Source: Paenisporosarcina sp. (GTDB taxonomy: Bacteria; Bacillota; Bacilli; Bacillales_A; Planococcaceae). From it: DNA of 64,000 bases. The translations under genes were made by a program, and so were the position numbers. Where the stretch lies: positions 17,906 through 81,905 of the forward strand of contig NZ_JBATUX010000021.1 of the NCBI RefSeq assembly GCF_049671445.1. The letters are read 5' to 3'. Numbering within the stretch: position 1 is the first letter of the stretch; every line of letters begins with the position of its first letter. The notes beneath the pieces were generated by a model. That model worked only from the letters and a program-made list of their open reading frames with translations. It was not told the origin of the DNA and ran no database searches. Of this stretch, positions 23,410 through 34,465 are shown piece by piece.

Positions 23410-24514
23410 TTAGTTCATTCTTGAACGTAAATACGAATTAATAAATAAATCAATATCGCCGTCCATTACTCCTTGAACATTACCGCTTTCAGTACTTGTG
23501 CGGTGATCTTTTACCATTGAATAAGGGTGGAAAACGTAAGAGCGAATTTGACTTCCCCATCCGATTTCTTTTTGATCGCCACGAATTTCAAGCATTTCAG
23601 CTTCTTGTTCTTGAAGTTTTAACGCATAAAGCTTAGCTTTCAAATACGTCATTGCTTTTTCACGGTTTTTAATTTGAGAACGTTCTTGCTGACACGTAAC
23701 AACTGCGCCAGTTGGTAGATGAGTGATACGCACAGCTGAGTCAGTTGTATTAATATGCTGACCACCTGCACCGCTTGCACGATACGTATCAACTTTTAAA
23801 TCTTCAGTTCGAATTTCAATCTCAATCTCATTATTGAATTCAGGAATTACTTCACAAGATACGAACGATGTATGGCGACGACCAGAAGAATCGAAAGGTG
23901 AAATACGTACTAACCGATGCACACCTTTTTCAGCTTTTAAGTAGCCATATGCATTATGACCTTTAAAACTTAACGTTACGGATTTAATGCCCGCTTCGTC
24001 TCCAGCTAAATAATCGATTGTTTCGACTTTAAAGCCACGTTTCTCACCCCAACGAGTATACATACGAAGTAGCATAGAGCCCCAGTCTTGAGACTCCGTT
24101 CCACCAGCACCAGGGTGTAATTCTAAAATGGCATTGTTTTTGTCATAAGGTTCACTCAGTAATAATTGCAATTCGAAGTCACCAAGTTTTAAAGTGAATT
24201 CCTTCATTTCTTTGCTGAGCTCTTCATGCAATTCTTCGTCTGGTTCTTCACGCAACAATTCCAATGTCATTTCTAAATTTTCTTGTGTATCAACCAACTC
24301 TTGATATTCATTCACAATTTCTTTTAAGCCATTCGCTTCGCTTATGACAACTTGAGCAGCATCCTGATCATTCCAAAAGTCGGGGTACGACATATTTTCA
24401 TCTAATTCTGCAATTCGTGCCTCTTTGTTCTCTAAGTCAAAGAGACCCCCTAAAGTCGAATAATTTTGAAGCGGTTCTGTCTAATTCATTGCGTACATCT
24501 GATAATTCCATCAT
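23410..24514 (-). CDS. prfB: Peptide chain release factor 2, requires programmed +1 frameshift
   Basis: The ORF track gives only frame 2 (23410-24393; GGQ motif in [16 protein letters not shown]). The upstream frame from ATG 24514/24511 reads M(M)[23 protein letters not shown]-stop and ends at CTT TGA C. Confidence 0.92.
24436..24451 (-). other. prfB +1 frameshift site (AGGGGG-TCT-CTT-TGA-C)
   Basis: The reverse strand reads AGGGGGTCTCTTTGAC: an internal SD-like AGGGGG 3 nt before the slippery CTT followed by an in-frame TGA C. Confidence 0.9.
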
Positions 24515-24532
24515 TACTAAATTCCTCCGTTA

Positions 24533-27043
24533 TCATTCAACAGCACCGTGACAATTTTTGAATTTCTTGCCACTGCCACAAGGACAGGCTTCATTTCTTC
24601 CAACTGTAGCTTGTGCGCGTACTGGTTTTTTCTTAACAGGTCCACCCTCTTCTTTCGGGTTCACAGCTTGACCTTTTGCTACTTCCTCACGTTGAAGGTT
24701 GTTGCGTATTTCTGCCTTCATTGCATATTTCGCTACATCTTCTTGGACAGATTCGACCATTGCTTCAAACATAGCAAACCCTTCGTTTTGGTATTCACGA
24801 AGTGGATCAATTTGTCCATATGCACGTAAATGAATTCCTTGTCGAAGTTGATCCATTGCATCGATATGATCAATCCATTTCGAGTCAATAGAGCGTAGTA
24901 ATACAACTTTTTCAAATTCACGCATACGTTCAGGAGTCATTTCTGCTTCTTTTTCATCATAGCGTTTGTACACTAATGTTTTCACATACTCAGTAATTTC
25001 TTCAGACGTTTTACCTTCTAATTCAGCCCGTGAAATCGCACCTTCAGATAATAAATTCGCATGAATTGTATCTTCAAGTCCTTTATAGTTCCACTCGGCT
25101 TGTTTATCAGACGATGTGTGTGCAGCAACAGTACGTTCGATTACTTCATCGATCATCGTTTCTACAAGTCCACGCATATTGTCTGTATCTAATACTTCTA
25201 AACGTTCTTTATAAATAATTTCACGTTGTTGACGTAAAACATCATCGTATTGTAACAAACGTTTACGTGCATCGAAGTTATTACCTTCGACACGTTTTTG
25301 AGCCGATTCTACTGCTTTTGTAACCATTTTAGATTGAATTGGTTGTGTATCGTCCATTCCTAAACGAGTCATCATAGCACGCATATTATCAGATCCAAAA
25401 CGGCGCATTAAATCGTCTTCCATTGATAGGTAGAATTGTGTGATACCAGGATCCCCTTGACGTCCAGAACGACCTCGAAGCTGATTATCAATACGGCGTG
25501 ATTCATGACGTTCAGTACCGATAACGGCTAAACCGCCTACTTCAATAACACCTTCGCCGAGTTTAATGTCAGTACCACGCCCGGCCATGTTCGTTGCAAT
25601 GGTTACCGAACCTTTGTGACCTGCAGTCGAGATAATTTCAGCCTCGCGCTCATGATTTTTCGCATTTAACACATTATGTTGAATTCCGTGTTTTGTTAAT
25701 AATGTTGAGATGATTTCAGAAGTTTCAATAGCAACAGTACCTACAAGAACTGGTTGCCCAACTTTATTTCTCTCCGCAATTTCAGCCGCTACTGCTTTAT
25801 ATTTACCTTCCATAGAAGCATAAATTAAGTCTGCACGGTCTTCACGCCCAATTTCGCGATTGGTTGGAATGACAATTACATTCATATTGTAAATATTACG
25901 GAATTCTTCTTCTTCCGTTTTTGCAGTACCCGTCATCCCAGAAAGTTTATCGTACATTCTGAAATAGTTTTGGAACGTAATAGTAGCCATCGTCATAGAT
26001 TCATTTTGAATCTCTAGACCCTCTTTTGCTTCAATAGCTTGATGAAGTCCATCTGAATAGCGACGACCTTTCATTAAACGACCAGTGAATGAGTCAACAA
26101 TGACCACATCCCCTTCTTGAACCACATAATCCACATCATTATGCATACTTGCATGCGCTTTTAATGATTGGTTAATCGCATGATTTAAACGGACATGTGT
26201 TAAATCGAATAAGTTATCAATACCAAACGCTTTTTCAACTCTTTCAATTCCTGCTTCAGTCAGAACTACACCTTTTGTAGATTCATCGTACGAATAGTCA
26301 TCTTCTTTTCGAAGAGCTTTCACAAGTGCATTTGATTGCTTGTAAAGTTGAGCAGATTTAGCTGCTTGTCCAGAAATGATTAATGGTGTACGTGCTTCAT
26401 CAATTAAAATCGAGTCAACTTCATCGATTACAGCATAGTAAAGCGGACGTTGTACGTGTTCCTCTTTATATAACACCATGTTATCGCGTAAATAATCGAA
26501 TCCTAGTTCGTTGTTCGTCGAATACGTAATATCCGCTGCATAAGCTTCACGTTTTTCATCTTTATTTAAACTGTTTAAATTTAAACCTACTGTTAAGCCT
26601 AAGAAATTATACAATTTGCCCATTTCTTCAGCATCACGACTTGCTAAATATTCATTGACCGTCACTACATGGACGCCTTTACCAGTAATTGCGTTCAAAT
26701 AAACCGGCAATGTAGATGTTAAAGTTTTACCTTCACCAGTTTTCATTTCAGCAATATTACCTTCATGAAGTGCTGCCGCACCCGTAATTTGAACACGGAA
26801 AGGGTACATTCCAAAAACACGTCTTGAAGCTTCTCGTACAACAGCAAATGCTTCTACTTGTAGGTCTTCCAATACAGTCCCACTTGCAAAACGTTCTTTA
26901 AATTCATCTGTTTTCGCACGTAATTGATCGTCAGTTAAAGCTTCTGTTTCGTTTGCTAACGCTTCAACTTGATCTGTAATTTTTTCTAATCTTTTTAAAT
27001 CTCTCTTATTTAAGTCAAATACTTTATTTAATACTCCAAGCAT
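24533..27043 (-). CDS. secA: Preprotein translocase ATPase SecA
   Basis: 836 aa. Walker [14 protein letters not shown] box, and the C-terminal zinc finger [14 protein letters not shown]. Confidence 0.97.
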   Translation of the reverse strand: MLGVLNKVFDLNKRDLKRLEKITDQVEALANETEALTDDQLRAKTDEFKERFASGTVLEDLQVEAFAVVREASRRVFGMYPFRVQITGAAALHEGNIAEMKTGEGKTLTSTLPVYLNAITGKGVHVVTVNEYLASRDAEEMGKLYNFLGLTVGLNLNSLNKDEKREAYAADITYSTNNELGFDYLRDNMVLYKEEHVQRPLYYAVIDEVDSILIDEARTPLIISGQAAKSAQLYKQSNALVKALRKEDDYSYDESTKGVVLTEAGIERVEKAFGIDNLFDLTHVRLNHAINQSLKAHASMHNDVDYVVQEGDVVIVDSFTGRLMKGRRYSDGLHQAIEAKEGLEIQNESMTMATITFQNYFRMYDKLSGMTGTAKTEEEEFRNIYNMNVIVIPTNREIGREDRADLIYASMEGKYKAVAAEIAERNKVGQPVLVGTVAIETSEIISTLLTKHGIQHNVLNAKNHEREAEIISTAGHKGSVTIATNMAGRGTDIKLGEGVIEVGGLAVIGTERHESRRIDNQLRGRSGRQGDPGITQFYLSMEDDLMRRFGSDNMRAMMTRLGMDDTQPIQSKMVTKAVESAQKRVEGNNFDARKRLLQYDDVLRQQREIIYKERLEVLDTDNMRGLVETMIDEVIERTVAAHTSSDKQAEWNYKGLEDTIHANLLSEGAISRAELEGKTSEEITEYVKTLVYKRYDEKEAEMTPERMREFEKVVLLRSIDSKWIDHIDAMDQLRQGIHLRAYGQIDPLREYQNEGFAMFEAMVESVQEDVAKYAMKAEIRNNLQREEVAKGQAVNPKEEGGPVKKKPVRAQATVGRNEACPCGSGKKFKNCHGAVE

Positions 27044-27118
27044 TTAAATTCACTTCCCATTTAGTCTAAGGTTTATTTTAACACTGCTACTAAAGGGGTG
27101 CAAATAACGGACTTGTAC

Positions 27119-29506
27119 TTACAAGGTTGTGTCGTTATTTAAAAACTGATGCAATTGCCCTTTATTAAGTGGTTTACTGTAATAAAAACCTTGAATAATA
27201 TCTGTTTCCATTGCTGTGAGGAGTTCCAGTTGTTTCACTGTCTCAACCCCTTCTGCAACAATATTAAATCCTAAATTATGTGATAAGTCTATCACCGATT
27301 TAACAATTGCTTGAACTCTTTTATCATTTTCCATTTGCTGTACAAAAGTTTGATCGATTTTCACACGATTAATCGGGAGTATTCGCAAATAATTTAATGA
27401 AGAATACCCTGTACCAAAATCGTCTAGAGCGATGGAAATGCCCATTTTCTTTATATTATGGAGAGTTTGGAGAACATCATCTCCTCCGTCAATAAATAAT
27501 GACTCGGTTATTTCAATTTCAATAAGACTGGGATTTACTTGATATTTCTTCAACAGTGTTTTCAGACGATGAATAAAGTCAATTTCTCTAAGCTGTAATG
27601 CACTAACATTGATGGCGACAGATGATACGTGTGGAAACTGATGTTGAATTTCTTTAATTTCACGAACTGCCGTTTCAATTACCCAGTCTCCAATTACTTG
27701 AATAAGACCTGATTTCTCTGCAATAGGAATAAATTCAACCGGAGATATCATCCCCCATTCAGGATGGCGCCAACGCAATAACGCTTCCAAACTTTCTGTC
27801 CTATTTGTTTTCAGGTTGAATTGGGGCTGATACACGAGTGTAAAGTGATTGAATTTTATTGCTTCACGCAATCCTTGTTCAAACATATGTTGTTTTTCAA
27901 ACTCTTCTTTCATTTCATAATTAAAATAAAGTATTCTATTTCTGCCCGCTTCTTTCGCTTTATATAAAGCCGTATCAGCGTTTACTAATAATTGCTCACT
28001 TGAGTCAGCATCAGTTGGAAAAAGGGAAACGCCCATAGAAGGGGTAACGAATACAGCTTGTTTATTTAAGTAAAATGCTTTTGAAAATGCATGGTGCACA
28101 TTCGTAAGAGTCGTTCTTAGTAAAGGAAAGTTTTCCTTTTTAGAATGCAAAAGCACAATAAACTCGTCCCCGCCAAATCGGCCGAAATAACTATCCTCTG
28201 GTAATAAATGTTGAATTCGTTCTGCCACTTGAATTAAGAGGGCATCTCCATATGAATAACCTTTCGAATCATTAATTTGTTTGAAATGATCTAAATCTAA
28301 GAAAGCAACAGCAATTATATGGTCTTGATTCATTTCCTCAATCCATTTTACGAGTTGAAATTGAACGGAAGAGCGATTTGGCAAGCTTGTTAGCGGGTCG
28401 AATTTAGCTTGAAAATCCATTTCTTCTACTTGTATGTTTAACAATTTACCCATTTGCTCAATTGATTGTGCGATTTCTCCAATCTCATCTTTACTATCAA
28501 TATTCATTTCAGACACTAAGTTACCTTGTTCCATTTGTCGAACATGTTTCACAATAGTTGGTAAATCTTTCAACATATAACGCAAAAGTATAGACAAAAT
28601 GATTAATAATAATAAAGCAGCAAGAATCCAGGACAAACCAATCGTATAAACAAAATCGTGAAGAGAATCGGTAACCATATAGTCAGGCACATAACTCACA
28701 AGTTGCCAACCTGTCCCTTTAATTTCACGGACTTCAGCATAGAAGTTCCCTTTAGAAGTACTAACTAAAGTGGTAACATCATCCGAAAGATTGAGATCTT
28801 TTATTTCAGACCAAATATTATCTACATCATACAAAATCTGTCCTTGTTCAGTTAATAAAACATGTTTGTGATTGTTAATTTCATAGGGTGCAATTAATTC
28901 AGGGATTGTATCTAAATGCATATCTAAACCAAAATACCCGAGTCGTTTGCCATCTTTTTCAATGGGCTTGATCACACTGACTGTATACTTTTTAGTTGAG
29001 TAATCAATATACAAATCTGAAAAAGATAAGTCTTTTGCTGCTCCTGCTTTAGCTGTCCAAGGTCGTTTTTGAATGTCATACGCTTCATCCGTTACATATC
29101 CATGATCAGCAATTAAAAAATTGGGTTCCAGTAGAGCAATCCACACAAGACCTAAACCTTCCGTGCTTTCTTGAACTCGAGTCATAAGTTGATTGACTTT
29201 GTCATAGCTAGCAGAAGACTTAACAGATTTTCGCTCGACTGGTGATTCTAAAAATTCTCTGACATCTTCTAGTTCACCAAGTTGCTCAGCAATTCCTCTT
29301 TTACTGTTTAACAATGTATAAATTTCCTGTGCAACTACTTCATTTTCTAGCCCTAATTCCTCTTCCATTTGTTTTTCAAATAAATTCTTTTGATAAGTAT
29401 ATGAAATACCTGCGATTACAAAAAGAATTGAAATGACGACGGCACTCATTGCTAATAAAACCTTGCCTCGAAAACCAAGTTTGCCCCAAAGCCGTAGTTT
29501 CGACAT
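27119..29506 (-). CDS. Membrane sensor with periplasmic Cache-like domain, HAMP, GGDEF and EAL domains
   Basis: 795 aa with two TM segments flanking an extracytoplasmic domain of about 260 aa. GGDEF intact (GRFGGDEFIV). EAL signature present (EALLRW ... DDFGTGYSSL). Confidence 0.9.
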   Translation of the reverse strand: MSKLRLWGKLGFRGKVLLAMSAVVISILFVIAGISYTYQKNLFEKQMEEELGLENEVVAQEIYTLLNSKRGIAEQLGELEDVREFLESPVERKSVKSSASYDKVNQLMTRVQESTEGLGLVWIALLEPNFLIADHGYVTDEAYDIQKRPWTAKAGAAKDLSFSDLYIDYSTKKYTVSVIKPIEKDGKRLGYFGLDMHLDTIPELIAPYEINNHKHVLLTEQGQILYDVDNIWSEIKDLNLSDDVTTLVSTSKGNFYAEVREIKGTGWQLVSYVPDYMVTDSLHDFVYTIGLSWILAALLLLIILSILLRYMLKDLPTIVKHVRQMEQGNLVSEMNIDSKDEIGEIAQSIEQMGKLLNIQVEEMDFQAKFDPLTSLPNRSSVQFQLVKWIEEMNQDHIIAVAFLDLDHFKQINDSKGYSYGDALLIQVAERIQHLLPEDSYFGRFGGDEFIVLLHSKKENFPLLRTTLTNVHHAFSKAFYLNKQAVFVTPSMGVSLFPTDADSSEQLLVNADTALYKAKEAGRNRILYFNYEMKEEFEKQHMFEQGLREAIKFNHFTLVYQPQFNLKTNRTESLEALLRWRHPEWGMISPVEFIPIAEKSGLIQVIGDWVIETAVREIKEIQHQFPHVSSVAINVSALQLREIDFIHRLKTLLKKYQVNPSLIEIEITESLFIDGGDDVLQTLHNIKKMGISIALDDFGTGYSSLNYLRILPINRVKIDQTFVQQMENDKRVQAIVKSVIDLSHNLGFNIVAEGVETVKQLELLTAMETDIIQGFYYSKPLNKGQLHQFLNNDTTL

Positions 29507-29617
29507 CCAATTCCCTCCCCTTTTGAAACGGAATTATGTATTCTTTTTATCTACTGAGTTAATTTCATAATTCATAAAACCGGATGTAAACACGAACATT
29601 CTTAAAATGGAGATTAT

Positions 29618-29808
29618 GTCGATTTACGTTACGGGCGGACGCTTTCCGCGGATGGTCCGTGTGCCTCCTCGATGAATGAAAAACCTATGCTCCTGCGGTT
29701 ACTCGTCGCAAACGAATTGTGCCCAATTCGTTCACTCCGCTCTCTGCGGGGTCACACCTGGACACACTTTTCCCGTCTTAGTCGCCGTCCTTCACTTCAA
29801 TCAAATTA
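29618..29808 (+). repeat. Mosaic intergenic repeat element, copy A (about 190 bp)
   Basis: Shares modules with 32873-33058: GTCGATTTNCGTTNCNGGCGGACGCTTTCCGCGGNTGGTCCGTGTGCCTCCTCG, GCTCTCTGCGGGGTCACACYTGGACACACTTTTCCCG, and the tail CGCCGNCCTTTCACTYCAATCA. Confidence 0.85.
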
Positions 29809-29970
29809 CCGAAACTCTTAACAAATTCAAAGGAATACATTTCACATAATCGTGTATCATTCATCAAAAGGCATTTATCAAATTAACTCTATTTAATTAT
29901 TCGCTTTAATCGAGTGAATTCCTGCTTTATCGACAAATACAAAGGTGAATTTTTCATTAAAAAAAAAAAA

Positions 29971-30001
29971 AAGAAAGCCCACAAAAATGGGCTTTCTTTT
30001 T
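29971..30001 (-). terminator. Bidirectional intrinsic terminator after hpf
   Basis: AAGAAAGCCC / ACAAAAAT / GGGCTTTCTT, preceded by a run of 14 A and followed by TTT. Confidence 0.85.
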
Positions 30002-30009
30002 ACGTTTAT

Positions 30010-30570
30010 TTAGTTTGTTTCAATTAATCCGTACTTGCCATCTTTACGTTTGTAAACGATATGTGTTCCATCAGATTCAGCATCAGTGAATACGAAGAAA
30101 TTATGTCCAAGCATATCCATTTGTAAAACGGCTTCTTCTTGATCCATTGGCTTCAATTCAAATTGTTTAGTACGAACAATATGAATTTCTTCTTCATTAT
30201 CATCGTGTTGTGTTGTTTGTTCTGGTGTTTGCACGTTAGCAAAATATGCGCCTACGCCTTCACGTTCACGGAACTTACGATTTACTTTCGTTTTATATTT
30301 ACGAATTTGACGCTCTAATTTATCGACGATTAAATCGACTGCTGCATACATATCATTATGTCTTTCTTCAGCACGAAGCGTTAAATTCTTCATCGGAATC
30401 GTAACTTCGACTTTCGTTTGACTGTCGTTATATACCTTTAAATTGACATTTGCGTTCGCTTGGATTTCTTCGTTGAAATAGCGTTCAACTTTATTGATTT
30501 TGCTTTCAACGTGTTCGCGAATCGCAGGAGTTACCTCAACGTTTTCACCGCGGATATTATAATTTAACAT
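30010..30570 (-). CDS. hpf: Ribosome hibernation promoting factor, long form (YvyD)
   Basis: 186 aa. N-terminus MLNYNIRGENVEVTPAIREHVESKI..., and a C-terminal dimerisation domain (KPMDQEEAVLQMDMLGHNFFVF). Confidence 0.95.
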   Translation of the reverse strand: MLNYNIRGENVEVTPAIREHVESKINKVERYFNEEIQANANVNLKVYNDSQTKVEVTIPMKNLTLRAEERHNDMYAAVDLIVDKLERQIRKYKTKVNRKFREREGVGAYFANVQTPEQTTQHDDNEEEIHIVRTKQFELKPMDQEEAVLQMDMLGHNFFVFTDAESDGTHIVYKRKDGKYGLIETN

Positions 30571-30689
30571 GTAAACTCCTCCTTTAATTAAGGCTATGTT
30601 AACCTTATTCTACTTATCCCCTAATAACTCCTGCAACAAACCAAAAATAAATTAGAAATTTGTCGAATGTAGTCATTTCCCTTAAGTTT

Positions 30690-31310
30690 TTATGCACGAA
30701 TTAGCGTCAATGCATTGACAGAACTTGCTCCTGCTTTTTTCAAAACGTAGGCTGCATGGTGCAGTGTAGTGCCAGTTGTATACAAATCATCGATTAATAA
30801 AATATGTTGTTTTTGAACATCCTGCGTAACCGTGAAAAGTAATTCTGAAGAAACTCGTTCTTTTTTCGATTTTCCGACTTGTGAATGATTTAATGTTTTG
30901 GACAAAACATGATGATAAGAAACATTTGCAGCAATTAGTAATTCATCAACTTGTGAAAAAGTCCGAGCGACTAACATGTCTGGATGCAGAGGAATGGGAA
31001 CAATTTTCTCTTTAACTTTAAGTAACGGCAGAAAATCCGCTCTAAATATGTTTGCCAGTTCCACATCTAATTGAAATTTATATTGCTGATAAACCTGTTT
31101 CATCCAGTCGTTGTAGCTGTAAATTGAAGTAACGGAATCGAGTGTACCCTCGTAAACAGTTCCTATCCATTCATTTCTCCAATTTCTTTCTTCAGCTTTT
31201 TCGAATTTATTTAAACATTTTTCGCAAACTAACTGCGGTGATTTAATTAAGAGTAGTTTCCGCCATGAAGCAATTTCTAGAAATGAGACAGAACAAATCA
31301 AGCACTTCAT
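30690..31310 (-). CDS. comFC: ComFC, phosphoribosyltransferase-like competence protein
   Basis: 206 aa. N-terminal Cys pairs (CLIC ... CEKC) and the PRT motif ILLIDDLYTTGTT. Overlaps the comFA stop. Confidence 0.85.
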   Translation of the reverse strand: MKCLICSVSFLEIASWRKLLLIKSPQLVCEKCLNKFEKAEERNWRNEWIGTVYEGTLDSVTSIYSYNDWMKQVYQQYKFQLDVELANIFRADFLPLLKVKEKIVPIPLHPDMLVARTFSQVDELLIAANVSYHHVLSKTLNHSQVGKSKKERVSSELLFTVTQDVQKQHILLIDDLYTTGTTLHHAAYVLKKAGASSVNALTLIRA

Positions 31311-32659
31311 AAAAGTTCTCGATTGGTATTATGTTCTTCAATCGTTGTTTTTGCCTTATCCATTTCTAGAGAAATTCCATGATGAAAAAACACTAAATCT
31401 CCACTCGGAAAATCTACAGATCGACCAACACGCCCACTTATTTGGATTAATGCGCTGCTTGTAAAAATCTGTTCATCTGCTCCCACAACTGCTACTTGGA
31501 CATTAGGAATAGTAATCCCTCGTTCAAGTATGGTCGTAGTAAGTAAACCACATACTTGATTTCGGCGTAATTTTAGGACCTTTTCTTTCCTTTCAGAATC
31601 CTCCGCATGAACCGCTAAGATGTCTACATGAATGTGCTGAAATAATGGTAATGCCCGTTCCATTAAGTCAATCGTTGGGAAAAAAATTAAAAATGGTTGG
31701 TCACTTTGTAAACGTTGCAGTGTCCAATTAGCTAACTTTTGGGGAAGTTTATCTTTATACATATGCTTCTTGTAGTTCCATAAACCAACGAAGCGTGGTA
31801 CAGGCAAAGGAAACCCATGAAAACGCTGTGAAATGAGAGAAATATTATCTGTTTGCTGCAATAGCTCTTCAGAAGGAGTTGCGGTAATGGTATGAACAAC
31901 CGCATGTTTGTATTTTGCTTTTTGAACAGCAAATTGTAGGGACTTGTCCACTGTATAAGGAAAAGCATCTGCTTCATCCACGAATACGACATCAAATGCT
32001 TCTTCAAAACGCAATAATTGGTGCGTAGTTGCAAGAATCAATTGACCAAAGTTCGATTGTTCAGGAGACCCACCATACAAAGCATGCATAATAGTTTTCG
32101 GGAAAACTTGTTGAAACCTTGGAGCAAGTTCCAACACAACGTCTGTTCTGGGAGTCGTTACACACACACGGAGTCCTCTCTGCAAAGCATCAAATATCGA
32201 AGGAAATAATAATTCTGTTTTACCAGCTCCGCATACAGCGTAAATTAAATGCCGCTGATTTCGTTGAACACTTAAAAGTAATTCTTTTGAAGCTTTTGCT
32301 TGTAGTGAGGTTAAGGTTCCAGACCATCTAAAACAGTGATTCGCCTGTTTGACTACGGATGGACCAGTCCATGTAATTAACTCGCTACAACTACTTATTC
32401 TGCCCATCTGAATACATTGTCTGCAATACAAACAAGAACCGTTACATTTTGCACATTGAAATACGGTCAGTTGCTGATTTCCGCAACGACGACAAGTTGC
32501 ACTTTTCGTTTTTTTACTATTGGAATTTTGATTAGACTGAATGCCTGAGTGGGGGGTTATAAATCCTTTTTGAATAAATTCTTCAATTACGGCTAAAGGA
32601 AATGGGGTTTGTTCCTTCAACCAAATTCGACCAGTTAAAAAAGCTTGTACTTCTTCCAT
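31307..32659 (-). CDS. comFA: ComFA, DEAD-box helicase-like DNA uptake ATPase
   Basis: ORF 31307-32665, start at ATG 32659 (GGAGG 7 nt upstream). Zn-finger Cys cluster, Walker A CGAGKTE, DEAD-like VDEADAF. Confidence 0.88.
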   Translation of the reverse strand: MEEVQAFLTGRIWLKEQTPFPLAVIEEFIQKGFITPHSGIQSNQNSNSKKTKSATCRRCGNQQLTVFQCAKCNGSCLYCRQCIQMGRISSCSELITWTGPSVVKQANHCFRWSGTLTSLQAKASKELLLSVQRNQRHLIYAVCGAGKTELLFPSIFDALQRGLRVCVTTPRTDVVLELAPRFQQVFPKTIMHALYGGSPEQSNFGQLILATTHQLLRFEEAFDVVFVDEADAFPYTVDKSLQFAVQKAKYKHAVVHTITATPSEELLQQTDNISLISQRFHGFPLPVPRFVGLWNYKKHMYKDKLPQKLANWTLQRLQSDQPFLIFFPTIDLMERALPLFQHIHVDILAVHAEDSERKEKVLKLRRNQVCGLLTTTILERGITIPNVQVAVVGADEQIFTSSALIQISGRVGRSVDFPSGDLVFFHHGISLEMDKAKTTIEEHNTNRELL

Positions 32660-32872
32660 GAGCATTCCTCCGTTTCGGGATTGTACTCATTCCTATTTAA
32701 TTAATAGTACCGAAGAAAAACGGAAAGCGCTAGATTACCTTTTAAAAAACCTCGCTTTGCAAGTGGCCTCTGAAAAGTATACTTAGTTTATCAAAGTCAC
32801 CCTATCTCGAAATATCGAGATAGGGTAGCTTTTCCTTAATAATGGATCTTTTAATACGATTTAGTCGATTTT

Positions 32873-33058
32873 CGTTCCAGGCGGACGCTTTCCGCGGGTG
32901 GTCCGTGTGCCTCCTCGTTCGCTTTGCTCTCTGCGGGGTCACACTTGGACACACTTTTCCCGCTGGAAAGATATTGGACGAACTGTCATTCGTCCAATAT
33001 CTTTGCGACGAGTAACCGCAGGAGCAGATTTTTTTCGCCGCCTTTCACTCCAATCATC
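32873..33058 (+). repeat. Mosaic intergenic repeat element, copy B
   Basis: Same modules as copy A, but the module GCTCCTGCGGTTACTCGTCGCAAA is inverted and relocated (33001-33035), and the internal hairpin is different. Confidence 0.85.
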
Positions 33059-33174
33059 TACTCAATTTAAAATGAACAGTATTTAGGTCTATGCTTTTTT
33101 ATAATAAAAGTACTTAATTATTATGTGACATTATACAAGGAGCCACATCCAGAATAAAAAGCCTAATGAAGGAA

Positions 33175-33226
33175 ACAAAAAAAGGCGAAATTTCGTTCAA
33201 AATCGAACGAAATTTCGCCTTTTCTT
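33175..33226 (-). terminator. Intrinsic terminator after the lipoprotein gene
   Basis: AAAGGCGAAATTTCGTTC / AAAA / TCGAACGAAATTTCGCCTTT with a plus-strand A-run on the left. Confidence 0.8.
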
Positions 33227-33297
33227 TATCTAAACTAACTCTCAATTTACTCCACGAGTTCTTCAGTGCCGTCCTTCGCTAGAAGTTTTTTAACTAT

Positions 33298-33876
33298 CTA
33301 TTCAGCTACGTCTCCAATGAAATAAACGCTTGTGACACGCCATTCTCCATCTTCCTTAGCAAACACCGTCACTTGTCGACCTGTTCGATCAAGTTCTGCT
33401 CCTGTTGACTCTTGTTTTAGCGATATAGCAAGTGAGGCGAAAACTTGTGCTTGATTTTTATTGTATTTAATTACGGTTACATCTTTAGCAGTTCGATTAA
33501 CTTCATATTGCTCAAAGGTTTCTTTAACAGTCACTTCTTCTTCCTGGTAATCAAACCCTTCAGGCTCAGTAGCGATTACAGACATATACTTCTCACTATC
33601 TTCTTCATTGAAAGAAGTAATATAGGTATCAAAAGTTTCAAGCAATTCCTTTTTCTCAGCAGCTGGTATGTTTTGAGCTTCTTCAATATTTGAACCAACC
33701 ATTTCAAAACCAACTTCATCATCAGCTTGATCTTTTACGCTGTGCTCTAAAGGACTATTTTCCCCAGACGATTCACCATCAGATACTGAACCTGCACCTT
33801 CGCGATTTTCTTCGCTCGAACAAGCCGAAAGAAAAATCGAAAGGATAACAAGTAATACTATATATTTAAATTTCAT
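33298..33876 (-). CDS. Acidic lipoprotein of unknown function
   Basis: ORF 33298-33930, start trimmed to ATG 33876 (GGAGGGA RBS). Signal peptide with lipobox LSAC. Confidence 0.7.
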   Translation of the reverse strand: MKFKYIVLLVILSIFLSACSSEENREGAGSVSDGESSGENSPLEHSVKDQADDEVGFEMVGSNIEEAQNIPAAEKKELLETFDTYITSFNEEDSEKYMSVIATEPEGFDYQEEEVTVKETFEQYEVNRTAKDVTVIKYNKNQAQVFASLAISLKQESTGAELDRTGRQVTVFAKEDGEWRVTSVYFIGDVAE

Positions 33877-34086
33877 TAAGTTCGTCCCTCCTACTTCGGC
33901 TATTTTGACATAAAACTTAATTCCTGACAATAATTATAGCCTTCAATACTAAAGACGTTAGACCACTTGTGAAAGTTTCGTGTAAAAGAAATGATCTGTC
34001 AAAGGAACGAAATGATCTGCCATTTGAGGAATGAGGTTATTAGTTTGGCGAAACAACTTTAGAAATTGTGTCATTGATTAGGTGGG

Positions 34087-34360
34087 GTTGGCGGCATTTT
34101 GTGCAACCTGGAACGTCACTTCGTCAACCTGGAGCAATTTAAAGAGTTAGTAGATGATGAGACTACTCCATATTTAGTTAGCTGACGCATTTTGTACAAC
34201 CTGGAGAGTCACTTCGTCAACCTGGAGAGCTACTTCGTCAACCTGGAGCAATTTAAAGAGTTAGTAGATGATGAGACTACTACGAATTGAGTTAGTTGAC
34301 GCATTTTGTACAACCTGGAGCGTCACTTCGTCAACCTGGGACATGACTCCATCAACCAAG
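34087..34360. repeat. Family-a repeat array (inverse orientation relative to 1950-2213) with embedded gene-end modules
   Basis: Three higher-order units: CATTTTGT(A/G)CAACCTGGAG cap, 1-2 copies of NGTCACTTCGTCAACCTGGAG, then CAATTTAAAGAGTTAGTAGATGATGAGACTACT... Confidence 0.9.
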
Positions 34361-34465
34361 ATCATCAATTTCTCATATTGTATTTCAATCTAAAAATGTT
34401 CTTTTGAATTTGCTTAAATATATATAAAAATGATATTTTGATAATAACCCCAAAAATTAAAAGGA

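Noticed and set aside
29959-29972. Run of 14 A as a possible slippage or phase-variation tract
   Set aside because: It is intergenic and forms the A-tract of the bidirectional terminator after hpf. No ORF or promoter spacer depends on its length.
32898-33086. 62-aa ORF inside mosaic element copy B
   Set aside because: It lies wholly within the intergenic repeat and has no RBS. The homologous copy A is not open in the same frame.
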